Below, piece after piece: positions 29,779 to 38,766 of a stretch of DNA of 64,000 nucleotides. The stretch covers positions 64,001 through 128,000 of the forward strand of contig CAXXWC010000018.1 of NCBI GenBank assembly GCA_963668645.2, in the 5' to 3' direction. Every line of letters begins with the position of its first letter. Position 1 is the stretch's first letter. Both the position numbers and the translations under genes were made by a program. A model generated the notes under the pieces. That model saw only the letters and a program-made list of their open reading frames with translations. It made no database searches and was not told the DNA's origin. This DNA is from Desulfobacterales bacterium. GTDB taxonomy: Bacteria; Desulfobacterota; Desulfobacteria; Desulfobacterales; UBA2174.

Positions 29779-30717
29779 ATGGTGCAAGACGCTTTTGGCT
29801 TTACCGTGACCGTCACCGAAGAAGGTTGCCGGCTGGATCGTTATCTTTGCGACCATCTGCCTGCCTGTTCGCGGACTTTTGCCGCCCACTTGATCCGCAA
29901 CGGCCATGTGAGCGTCAACCACCGTCCCGCCAAGCCCAGCACCCGCCTTCATTGGGGGGATCTGATCAGCGGCACAATCCCTGCGCCTGCTCCCCTGCGC
30001 TTGTTGCCCGAACCGATTCCCCTGGACATCTTGTACGAGGATCGGCATATCATCGCCGTCAACAAGCCTCTGGTGGTCCACCCGGCACCGGGACATTTCC
30101 AGGGGACGCTGGTCAACGCCCTGTTGCATCACTGCCCGGATCTGCAACCCATCGGCGGGGAGATCCGGCCGGGCATCGTCCATCGTCTCGACAAGGATAC
30201 CTCAGGGGTGTTGCTGGCCGCCAAGCACCGGGATGCTCTGGAACGCCTTGCGGTTCAGTTCAGACAGCGCGAGGTTACCAAAGTCTACCTGGCTTTGGTG
30301 CGAGGGGTGTTTGATGCGGACAGAGGGCGCATCGAATGGCCCATCGGCAGGCACCCGACGGCCCGCAAGAAGATGTCGATTCAAAGCCGACGACCCAGAG
30401 CGGCGGTCACCACCTGGCGGGTCCGCCGCCGTTTCCACGGCGCGAGTCTGTTGGAGGTGAACCTGGAGACCGGGCGGACGCATCAGATACGGGTTCACTG
30501 CGCGGCCATGGGGCATCCGGTGTTGGGCGATGCGGTCTATGGCAATCCGGTACGGGATCGGCAGGTGGCAGGGATGCCGGTGGAACGCCAGATGCTGCAC
30601 GCCTGGCGTTTGAGCCTGGTCCATCCGGCCAAGGCTGCGACCATGGTCTTCCAGGCCTCCCTGCCGGCGGACCTGCAAGCCCTTGTGGATGCTCTTGAAG
30701 CCGGTGGAGTCCGTTAG
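29779..30717 (+). CDS. rluD: RluA/RluD-family pseudouridine synthase with S4 domain
   Basis: RLDRYL S4 domain, GIVHRLDKDTSG catalytic motif, LETGRTHQIRVH, QMLHA. Confidence 0.9.
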   Translation: MVQDAFGFTVTVTEEGCRLDRYLCDHLPACSRTFAAHLIRNGHVSVNHRPAKPSTRLHWGDLISGTIPAPAPLRLLPEPIPLDILYEDRHIIAVNKPLVVHPAPGHFQGTLVNALLHHCPDLQPIGGEIRPGIVHRLDKDTSGVLLAAKHRDALERLAVQFRQREVTKVYLALVRGVFDADRGRIEWPIGRHPTARKKMSIQSRRPRAAVTTWRVRRRFHGASLLEVNLETGRTHQIRVHCAAMGHPVLGDAVYGNPVRDRQVAGMPVERQMLHAWRLSLVHPAKAATMVFQASLPADLQALVDALEAGGVR

Positions 30718-30786
30718 CGTCTTTTCTATTCCGGACGATATGGCAAGTCCCGGCTTTTCAGATCCCAAGCCGGGGCGGTCCGTACT

Positions 30787-30908
30787 GCAAAGCCAGCGGC
30801 AAGATCACGGCGCGATGCGTCTTTACGATGTGGCGTGATGAGATCGACTCTCGGAGAAGATCTTGGGAAATCACCGGGGAGCGTATCCGTGTATCTTGCC
30901 GGCTTTGC
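30787..30908. repeat. Long imperfect inverted repeat (rod-like hairpin) between convergent rluD and rnfA
   Basis: Nested pairings: gcaaagcc/ggctttgc, ggcaagat/atcttgcc, cacgg/ccgtg, atgcg/cgtat, tcttt/gggga, gtgat/atcac, gagatc/gatctt. Confidence 0.7.
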
Positions 30909-30940
30909 TCCCTGCCGCGTGCCGGGAGGGCGGCCGGGGA

Positions 30941-31513
30941 TCAAACCATGCCGCGGAAGGCGAAAAACGTCAAGGACAGCAGCCCGGCCGTCACCAGGGC
31001 GATGGATGTGTCCTGGAGCGGCCGCGGTACGCGAGCCAAAAGGATCCTTTCGCGCACGCCGGCAAAAAGGATCAGGGCCAGACCGAAGCCGACTGCATAG
31101 GCAAAGGAAGACACCAGGGTCTGCATGAAGGTGTATTCCTTGTCGATATTGATGATGCAAACGCCCAGCACGGCGCAGTTGGTGGTAATCAGGGGCAGGA
31201 AGATGCCCAGGCCGGCGTAAAGGGCCGGGATGCTCTTTTTAAGGAACATTTCCACGAACTGCACCAGGGATGCGATTACCAGGATGAAGGCGATGGTACG
31301 CAGGTAGACCAGGTCGTAAGGCACGAGCAGAAAGGTATAGGTCACCCAGGTGATCAGGCCGGCCAGCACGAGCACGAAGACCACGGCCATGGCCATCCCC
31401 ACGGCGGTTTCCATCTTCTTGGATGTTCCCAGGAAGGGACAATTGCCCAGAAACTGCGCCAGCAGGATGTTGTTGACGAAGATGCAACTGATGATCAGTT
31501 CCATATAGCCCAT
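30941..31513 (-). CDS. rnfA: Rnf complex subunit A
   Basis: FVNNILLAQFLGNCPFLG, LGIFLPLITTNCAVLG. Confidence 0.95.
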   Translation of the reverse strand: MGYMELIISCIFVNNILLAQFLGNCPFLGTSKKMETAVGMAMAVVFVLVLAGLITWVTYTFLLVPYDLVYLRTIAFILVIASLVQFVEMFLKKSIPALYAGLGIFLPLITTNCAVLGVCIINIDKEYTFMQTLVSSFAYAVGFGLALILFAGVRERILLARVPRPLQDTSIALVTAGLLSLTFFAFRGMV

Positions 31514-31529
31514 GTGCGGCGCTCCTTTA

Positions 31530-32123
31530 TCACTTCTTGCCTACCAGATTCATCAGGCAGAGCATCAATCCCAACGCGATGAAGGCCCCCGGGGCCTGGA
31601 CCATAAAGGTGAACGGTTCATAATGGGGACCGAAGACGGAATGGCCGAAAAAAGTACCGGTGCCGATGATTTCACGGATGGCACCGAGGGAGGCCAGTGA
31701 AAGGGTGAATCCGATGCCGATGCCCAGACCATCCGCCGTGGAGGCGACGACGCCGTTCTTGGAGGCGAAGGCTTCGGCCCGGCCCAGCAGGATGCAGTTG
31801 ACCACGATGAGGGGAATGAAGACCCCCAGGGTCTGGAAAAGGGCGTAGGCGTAGGCCTGCATGAGCAGTTCAACCACGATGACGAAGGTGGCAATGATGA
31901 TGATAAAACAGGCGATGCGCACCTTCGAAGGGATCACGTTGCGCAGCAGGGACACCAGGATATTGCCGAAAACCAGCACAAAGGTGGTCGCCATGCCCAT
32001 GCCGACCCCGTTTTTCATGCTGGTGGTGACCCCGAGGGTCGGGCAGAGCCCGAGAACGAGCCGAAACGGTGGGATTTCGTCCCACAGACCCTTGGTGAAC
32101 TCTTGTACGAGCGTCTTGGCCAT
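31530..32123 (-). CDS. rnfE: Rnf complex subunit E
   Basis: LGLCPTLGVT, LGVFIPLIVVNCILLGRAEAFA, PGAF. Confidence 0.95.
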   Translation of the reverse strand: MAKTLVQEFTKGLWDEIPPFRLVLGLCPTLGVTTSMKNGVGMGMATTFVLVFGNILVSLLRNVIPSKVRIACFIIIIATFVIVVELLMQAYAYALFQTLGVFIPLIVVNCILLGRAEAFASKNGVVASTADGLGIGIGFTLSLASLGAIREIIGTGTFFGHSVFGPHYEPFTFMVQAPGAFIALGLMLCLMNLVGKK

Positions 32124-32138
32124 GCCCAGCTCTCCTTC

Positions 32139-32729
32139 TTATTTGAATCTTTTGACCTGTTCGACGATCTGGGATTTAAGCTGCCGATACTGTTCCAACG
32201 CGCCGGTGGCGGCCGCGCAGACCCCGCGGGAGGTAATGGTCGCACCGCTCAGAGCGCTGATGCTTCCCCCGTCCTTGCTCACCTTGATCGGCTGATCCAC
32301 CGGAAGGCCTTTGAACTGGGCGGCAAAATTCGGATCATCCTTAGCACGCGCTCCGAGTCCGGGGGTCTCCTTGTGGGTCGTGACGGCCACCCCCAACAGT
32401 TTGTCGGTCTGTACGTTGACGGCCACCATCAAGCCGAAGGCGTCGGCGAAGCCCTTGCCAGCGGTCTCGAAGACCACGGTATTGGGCTGGCCGTCAAAGA
32501 CGCCGACAAAGAAGCTTTGGGGTTTGCCGTCCACGGTGAGCTTGAAGCGGTCGTTGACCGGGTCGTTGGTGGCCCCGGCAAGGATCTGGCGGATGGCCGG
32601 TCCTTTGACGAATTCCAGCTCCTGGCGTTCGATCTGGGCTGCCGTGGCGGTGCGCAGATAGGCCAGCAGCCCTCCCGACAGGGCGCTGAGGAAGGTCAGG
32701 ACCACCACCATCTTCATCATTTCGCGCAT
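32139..32729 (-). CDS. rnfG: Rnf complex subunit G
   Basis: N-terminal TM helix, HKETPGLG, FMN site SGATITS. Confidence 0.93.
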   Translation of the reverse strand: MREMMKMVVVLTFLSALSGGLLAYLRTATAAQIERQELEFVKGPAIRQILAGATNDPVNDRFKLTVDGKPQSFFVGVFDGQPNTVVFETAGKGFADAFGLMVAVNVQTDKLLGVAVTTHKETPGLGARAKDDPNFAAQFKGLPVDQPIKVSKDGGSISALSGATITSRGVCAAATGALEQYRQLKSQIVEQVKRFK

Positions 32730-32730
32730 A

Positions 32731-33690
32731 TCACGTTACCTTTCCCAGGGCCCGGGGCTTGATTTTGTCCAGCAGCGGGGCGATCAGGTTGATGACCAAA
32801 ATCGCGTAGATCACTCCATCGGGGTAGGCACCGATGTTGCGGATCAGCACCGTGAGCAGGCCGCCGCAAAAACCGTAGATCAGCATGGGCCAGGTGTTGA
32901 CCGGTGAAGAGCTGTCTTCGGTGGCCAGAAAGAAGGCGCCGATGAGACAGTAGCCGGTCAGCAGATGGAAGGCCGGTCCGGCATAGCGGACCGGATCGCC
33001 GAGGTGAAAGGCGGCGGCAGTGGCGACCACGCCGGCGATGAAGGCGGCCGGAATCTGCCAGCGAACGATGCCGCAGATTACAAGGTAGGCGCCGCCGACG
33101 GCGAGCCACAGGCCGAAGGGCGCGCCGATGGCCCCGGCCTGATGGCCGAGGAGCAGGTTCACGGCATCAAAACGCTGCGCGGCCGCGGCGCCGAAAGCTT
33201 TGGCGGCGGTGAGCGGTTCGAGCATGGCAAATCCCGGATCGAGGCTCAGCAGGGCCGCGTCGAAGTCCATGTGGGTACTCCAACTGACACCCAGGATGGC
33301 CACACTGACCACTACCGGATTGAAGGGGTTGGCACCGATACCGCCGTAGATCTGCTTGCCGATGACCACCGCCAGAAAGGTGCCGGTGACCACCATCCAC
33401 CACGGGGCGGTGGCCGGCAGCAGCATGGCCAGGGTCATGCCGATCAGGGCGGCGTTGCCGTCGCCGATGCTGGGCCGTTGGCGGCCGATCTTGTTAAACG
33501 CCAGCTCCCAGAGTATGGCGCTGCCGATGGCCATGCAGATCACCGAAAGAGCCGGTTGGCCCCACTGGATGATGCCGGCGAGCGCTGCGGGCACCAGCGC
33601 CAGCAGGATCTGGTAGCTGCGTGAAGCGATACTGCTGCCGTCATGGACGAAAGGCGGATGGGATACAATGAACTTTTGGGCGTCAGGCAT
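32731..33690 (-). CDS. rnfD: Rnf complex subunit D (divergent)
   Basis: KQIYGGIGANPFNP, GAFFLATE, YPDGVIYAIL; lacks the usual [ST]GATPL site. Confidence 0.88.
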   Translation of the reverse strand: MPDAQKFIVSHPPFVHDGSSIASRSYQILLALVPAALAGIIQWGQPALSVICMAIGSAILWELAFNKIGRQRPSIGDGNAALIGMTLAMLLPATAPWWMVVTGTFLAVVIGKQIYGGIGANPFNPVVVSVAILGVSWSTHMDFDAALLSLDPGFAMLEPLTAAKAFGAAAAQRFDAVNLLLGHQAGAIGAPFGLWLAVGGAYLVICGIVRWQIPAAFIAGVVATAAAFHLGDPVRYAGPAFHLLTGYCLIGAFFLATEDSSSPVNTWPMLIYGFCGGLLTVLIRNIGAYPDGVIYAILVINLIAPLLDKIKPRALGKVT

Positions 33691-34963
33691 CTTCGGCCTC
33701 CGCGATGGCGCTCAGGGCCAGTTCGTGCTTGGCCAGACGGATGTACTGGAAGATGGGAATGCGTGCGGTGCAAACATAGCTGCAAAGGCCGCAGTCCACA
33801 CAGGAAAACAGATCATAACGTTCAGCCGCCTCCCCGTACTGTCCGGCTTCCAGCAAGCGGACCAGCATATTTACCGGAACGCGGGTCGGACAGATGCGGA
33901 TGCACTCGCCGCAGTTGATGCATGGGGCGTCGCTTACCCGCACGACCTGCGAGGCGTCCTGGATCATGAGGCTGTGGGTGTCGGGTCGGACGGGGAAGTC
34001 TGTGGCGTATAGGGCCGTGCCGGCCAGCGGGCCACCCGCGATGAGCCGGTCACCATCATTCAGTTGGATGTCCAGGGCTTGGCAGATGTGCCCCACGGGC
34101 GTGCCGAGGCGGACGGTAATGAGTGTCTGGCAGCCGTCCTTGGCGATGACCGTCAGGGTCTTGTCCAAACAGATTCGCTGCTCGGCCAGGGATTGCCCGA
34201 GAGCGGCGGCCGCCTCGACCGGTACGATGCAAATGCCGAGTTTTTCCAGGGTGGTGCCAGCCGGTACCGGCCGTCCCAGAATTTGCTGAACCATCAGGGC
34301 CGGTGCGGCAGCCGGATACTGGTCGGGCACGGCCACCGGTTCGGCGTGCAGGTGCCCGAGGCCCTGGACGGTGTCCCGGGTGATGGCCAGCAGAGTGTGC
34401 CGGGCGCCGGTGACGGTTTTGAGTAGATCGATGCCCTGGGCCAGGGCGGTGCTGCGGTGGCGCAGTACATACTGGGCCGTGACGCTGCCCAGATCGGCTT
34501 CGGTAGCTGCAATGATCAGGGTTTCGATGGCGCGCTGGGGGGCGCAGAGGCTGGCCACCGGCAGGGCGCCGGGGATCTGGGCCATCCAGGCGCGCAGCAG
34601 GTCGGGTCCTGGTTCAGCGGCCGCCTCGGCAAAGGCCGTGTCCCAGATTTCCTCCGAACCCACGGTCAGGTCGATGCGGGTCCAGCGGTCGCCGAAGTTG
34701 CCGGTGAACGGTTCGATGGCTTTAATCGTACCGGTGGCCGGGGCGATGACGCAGGCGTCGCTGTCGGAAAAAGGAACAATCCTTTGCCCTGTGCGCACCG
34801 TATCACCGACCCGGATATTGAGCCGATCGCTGCGGGTCAATGGATGGTCGCAAAACATCACCATACCGGGTGGCGCGGCGGTCAATAGCCGGTGGGGGAT
34901 ATCCTTAAGGCGCTGATAGCTGAAACACGGCGGACTTGAGCGGAACAAGGATCTTCGAAACAT
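33683..34963 (-). CDS. rnfC: RnfC-like subunit (divergent) with SLBB and 2x[4Fe-4S] domains
   Basis: VGDTVRTGQ...APATGTI barrel, RLGTPV, GGPLAG, CINCGECIRICP, CVDCGLCSYVC; sits before rnfD. Confidence 0.85.
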   Translation of the reverse strand: MFRRSLFRSSPPCFSYQRLKDIPHRLLTAAPPGMVMFCDHPLTRSDRLNIRVGDTVRTGQRIVPFSDSDACVIAPATGTIKAIEPFTGNFGDRWTRIDLTVGSEEIWDTAFAEAAAEPGPDLLRAWMAQIPGALPVASLCAPQRAIETLIIAATEADLGSVTAQYVLRHRSTALAQGIDLLKTVTGARHTLLAITRDTVQGLGHLHAEPVAVPDQYPAAAPALMVQQILGRPVPAGTTLEKLGICIVPVEAAAALGQSLAEQRICLDKTLTVIAKDGCQTLITVRLGTPVGHICQALDIQLNDGDRLIAGGPLAGTALYATDFPVRPDTHSLMIQDASQVVRVSDAPCINCGECIRICPTRVPVNMLVRLLEAGQYGEAAERYDLFSCVDCGLCSYVCTARIPIFQYIRLAKHELALSAIAEAEDA

Positions 34964-35004
34964 GGGCATCCTTTTTCGGCAACCGACTGGCCGATCAGTG
35001 GAGT

Positions 35005-35436
35005 TTAAAGCACATGACAGGCGTTGCAGGCCACCGGACCGGCATCGAACTGCTTATGGCAGCCGATGCATTGGTCGTGAAAGGCGTCGCTGCGCTTGGA
35101 AACGTCAGCCAAATCGTAGGAATCCGGCGAATGGCATTCGTTGCAGGTTTCAGCGATGGTTTTGTGGTTTTCGAGACTGCCATGGCAGGCGCCGCAAGCC
35201 ATGGTGTTGTCTTCCCCTTCGGGGTGATGATGGCAGTCGGCACAGGCCAGGCCGAAACGGTCGGTGGCCAAATGGGCCTGATGGTCGAAAAGGACTTTGC
35301 CGGCGTTGGTGTGGTACATCATCCTCAAGGGCGGATCAGGGATCCTGGCTGAATAGCAGGCAAAAGAGAAAATCCCGATAATGATCAGCACGATGGCCAG
35401 GCCATAGGCCAGCTGCAGTTCCTTTTTGGGCGCCAT
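35005..35436 (-). CDS. Membrane-anchored class III (c3-like) multiheme cytochrome c with 5 CxxCH
   Basis: N-terminal hydrophobic helix, GKVLFDHQAH, CADCHH, CGACH, CNECH, AFHDQCIGCH, CNACH. Confidence 0.9.
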   Translation of the reverse strand: MAPKKELQLAYGLAIVLIIIGIFSFACYSARIPDPPLRMMYHTNAGKVLFDHQAHLATDRFGLACADCHHHPEGEDNTMACGACHGSLENHKTIAETCNECHSPDSYDLADVSKRSDAFHDQCIGCHKQFDAGPVACNACHVL

Positions 35437-35653
35437 TGCGGCTGTCCTTTCAGTGGTCATTAAAACTTGGCGATATTGTTTTGGCGGGGGGGCAAAACCA
35501 CGCCCGGACTACCATAATCGCGATGGCCTTGCAACCCCTTTTTCATGGGGGCTGCCGGGCCGGTTCAGGTGTCAAAGCCTTTAAAACCAAGGTTTCGTGT
35601 GGCTGCAAAGCGCAAGTCGAGTACGGTTCGGATGGCCGCAAGCGCCGGTGGCT

Positions 35654-37384
35654 CTAAGGGAATCGAGGGCTGTCCGGCCGGGGGGAACAAACCCCGCAGC
35701 GGCTGCAACCGCTCGGCGGACAGGGAGGGGATAGGCGCCGCTGGTGGTAGCGCTGATATTCCTGCCACAGATAGGCGCGTTGGATTCCGTGATCGATGAT
35801 TTCCCAGGCGAAGACTTCTCGGGCTTGCCGCGGGCGCAGGACAAAGAAGTCCGGATTCGGCGCCGCGCCGCGTCCCAGGTCGGACCAGGGTCGGCCGCTG
35901 CGAAAATGCAAATCGAGCATCTGTCCCACCCGGCGGTCTCCCCGGGCTAACAGGGCCTGGATCGCGGCCCAGCGGGGACTGTCGGCATGGACCCGGACGT
36001 TGGCCACCGGCCGCAGCCCTTTTTGAATCGAGCGGATCTTGGCCTTGAGCCGGGCCAGGGATTCCATGGGCGCCCATTGCAGGGGGGTGAACGGCTTGGG
36101 CACAAAGCTGTTGAGGCTGACGGTGATCGTACCGAGGCGGCCCCAGCTGCGGCTGGCGCGTAGGAACCGATCCTTGATGCGTTTGACCAGGGTGACGATG
36201 GCTTCGACGTCCGCGGCTGTTTCGCCCGGCAGCCCGACCATGAAATAGAGCCGCAGGTTGGGGATGCCGGCCCCGGCCAGACCTTCGGCGGCGTTAAGAA
36301 TCGTATCGTCTTCCAGATGTTTGTTAATGGCGGTACGCAAATTCTCACTGCCCGTCTCAGGCGCAATGGTGGCGGTTTTGATCCGGCTGCCGGCCAGGGT
36401 GGCGATCAAAGGCGCGTCCAATGCATCGGCCCGCAGCGAGCTGAAGTGCAGTTTCAGGCCCTGCCGGGCGGCATGTTGGCACAGTTCCGCCAGGTCCGGC
36501 AGATCCGACACCGCCGCTCCCACCAGGCCGATCCGGTTTGTCCTGGCAGCGGCTGCATCGAGGCAGGCGGTCAGGGCGCTCAGCGGGGCGAAGCGCGCCG
36601 GCCGGTAGACATAACCCGCGGCACAAAAGCGGCATCCGTGGGGGCAGCCGCGGGATACCTCCATGAGAAAATCGGCCTCGAAGGTCGTTTCAGGAGTCAC
36701 CAGGCGGGTGCAGGCCGGCGGGGTGCTGAGATCTTCCAGCCGCACCCGGGTGGCGCGGGCCGGCACGTCGGCCAGCAGCCGGTAGGTCGCCAAGGTGCCG
36801 TCCGGGTGGTATTCGGGGGCATAAAATCGCGGCACATAGGCCCCGGGGAGCTGGTTGGCAAGCGCGTGGAGCCAATCGGGGCGATGTGCCGAAGGATCGA
36901 AAAGCGCCATGAACTCAGGCAGCAGAACTTCCGCTTCGCCGATGAGGATGGTGTCGAAAATCTCGGCCAGGGGTTCCGGATTGATCAAACAGGCGACTCC
37001 GCCGGCCACGATCAGGGGGTGGCGCCCATCGCGGTCCGCGGCACCGGTCGGCAGGCCGGCGGCGGCCAGCAGGGCGAAGATCGACGGGTAGTCGTTTTCA
37101 AAGGAGACGGAAAAGGCGACGATGTCAAAATCGTCCAGGGGGCGGCCCGATTCGAGGCTCAACGGGCGGGGCCAGGGGTGGGGGGGCGGGCCTTCGGGGG
37201 CGAAAACCCGCTCGCAGACCACGTCTTCCATCTGGTTGAGCAGTCCGTAAACCGTCTGGAACCCGAGGTTGGCCATACCCACGGCATAGTGGTGGGGGTA
37301 GACCAGCGCCACGCGCCGGCGATGGCGCCACGGTTTGCGGACGGTTCCCTGCTCGCGTGAAAGATAATCGGCGTTCGAGGTCAT
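35654..37384 (-). CDS. Radical SAM protein (TIGR03960-like)
   Basis: YAVGMANLG, EVSRGCPHGCRFC, YFMVGLPGE, FVPKPFTPLQW, C-terminal CSRCGVC. Confidence 0.88.
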   Translation of the reverse strand: MTSNADYLSREQGTVRKPWRHRRRVALVYPHHYAVGMANLGFQTVYGLLNQMEDVVCERVFAPEGPPPHPWPRPLSLESGRPLDDFDIVAFSVSFENDYPSIFALLAAAGLPTGAADRDGRHPLIVAGGVACLINPEPLAEIFDTILIGEAEVLLPEFMALFDPSAHRPDWLHALANQLPGAYVPRFYAPEYHPDGTLATYRLLADVPARATRVRLEDLSTPPACTRLVTPETTFEADFLMEVSRGCPHGCRFCAAGYVYRPARFAPLSALTACLDAAAARTNRIGLVGAAVSDLPDLAELCQHAARQGLKLHFSSLRADALDAPLIATLAGSRIKTATIAPETGSENLRTAINKHLEDDTILNAAEGLAGAGIPNLRLYFMVGLPGETAADVEAIVTLVKRIKDRFLRASRSWGRLGTITVSLNSFVPKPFTPLQWAPMESLARLKAKIRSIQKGLRPVANVRVHADSPRWAAIQALLARGDRRVGQMLDLHFRSGRPWSDLGRGAAPNPDFFVLRPRQAREVFAWEIIDHGIQRAYLWQEYQRYHQRRLSPPCPPSGCSRCGVCSPRPDSPRFP

Positions 37385-37503
37385 GAGGGATCACGGCTGG
37401 CTGAATTTGCCCTCGCCCACCCGCCTTAATGGCGTGAACGTGGATCGGGGCGAGGGCCGTCCCGTAGGGGGGCTTTCGGTCCGGCCCTCGCTTTGGCAGC
37501 GGA

Positions 37504-38685
37504 CTAGTCCGCCTTGCGCCTCAGGAAGGTGGGAATGTCCAGGTCGTCGTTGTCGATCACCAGTCCTTTGTAGCCGCGGTAGACAGCAGCGCCTTCACCC
37601 ACGGCTTCTTTTTGCCGCACAAAGGTCGGTTCGTCGTAGTCCACCGCCGTTTGCAGATCGGCCGGGGTCAGATCCCGCAGCTTGCCGCGGGTAGGGGGCT
37701 CGCGGCGACCCTTTTCCGTCACATTGTGACCGGATCCGATCCCGGTGGCGATGACCGTTACGCGCATCTCGTCGCCCATGTTTTCGTCGATGGCCTGCCC
37801 CCAGATAATCTCGGCGTCCTCGCCCACCTCTTTGTAGATGCGATCCGAGGCCTCGGTCATTTCCTCCAGGGTCAGGTCGCTGGTGGAGGTGATGTTCATC
37901 AGCACGCCCTTGGCGCCGGCGATGGAGATGTCTTCGAGCAGCGGATGGCTGATGGCGCGCTCGGCGGCCTCCACGGCCCGATTTTCGCCGCTGGAAATGC
38001 CGATGCCCATGATGGCCATGCCCGCCTTGCTCATGGTGGTGCGCACATCGGCGAAATCGAGGTTGACCAGCCCCGGGATCATGATCAGGTCGGTGATGCC
38101 GCGCACCGAATGGAGCAGGATCTCATCGGCCTTTTTGAACATGTCGATCATACGCGCGTTCTTGGCGGCCAGGGCGCGCAGGCGGTCATTGGGGATGGTG
38201 ATCACCGTGTCGGCCACGTCTTTGAGGGTGGAGATTCCCTCTTCGGCCTGGCGCTGGCGTTTGCGGCCCTCGAAGGAGAAGGGGCGCGTGACCACCGCAA
38301 CGGTCAGTGCGCCGATTTCCTTGCATATTTCCGCAATCACAGGCGCGGCGCCGGTTCCAGTACCCCCGCCGAATCCGGCGGTTATAAAAACCATGTGGCT
38401 GTCGCCCAGGGCCTGGCGCAGGGCCTCTTCGGCTTCCAGGGCCGCCTCTCGCCCCACTTGGGGATTGGCGCCGGCGCCCAGGCCCTCGGTAAGTTGGCTG
38501 CCCATTTGGATCTTGACCGGCGCCCTGGAGATGTCCAGGGCCTGCAGATCGGTGTTGGCAGCGATGAATTTGACGCCCTGCAAGCCGGCCTCGATCATGT
38601 TGTTGATGGCGTTGCCACCGGCGCCGCCGACCCCGATGACTTTGATTCTGGCTGAACCGTCCGTGTCGACATACTCGAATCCCAT
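37504..38685 (-). CDS. ftsZ: Cell division protein FtsZ
   Basis: IKVIGVGGAGGNA, GGGTGTG, NLDFADV, DIPTFLR. Confidence 0.98.
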   Translation of the reverse strand: MGFEYVDTDGSARIKVIGVGGAGGNAINNMIEAGLQGVKFIAANTDLQALDISRAPVKIQMGSQLTEGLGAGANPQVGREAALEAEEALRQALGDSHMVFITAGFGGGTGTGAAPVIAEICKEIGALTVAVVTRPFSFEGRKRQRQAEEGISTLKDVADTVITIPNDRLRALAAKNARMIDMFKKADEILLHSVRGITDLIMIPGLVNLDFADVRTTMSKAGMAIMGIGISSGENRAVEAAERAISHPLLEDISIAGAKGVLMNITSTSDLTLEEMTEASDRIYKEVGEDAEIIWGQAIDENMGDEMRVTVIATGIGSGHNVTEKGRREPPTRGKLRDLTPADLQTAVDYDEPTFVRQKEAVGEGAAVYRGYKGLVIDNDDLDIPTFLRRKAD

Positions 38686-38766
38686 GGTATCCCCCCTTTT
38701 TAGCTTCAATCGTTGCGTTGATTTGGGTTGCGGCGGCCTGCACCGGGCCGCCGGGCAATGGATGTA

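Noticed and set aside
30787..30908. Calling the rod hairpin SRP RNA or 6S RNA
   Set aside because: It lacks the SRP CAGG...GGAA...AGCA motif, and is shorter than typical 6S with no clear central bubble; kept as an unidentified structure.
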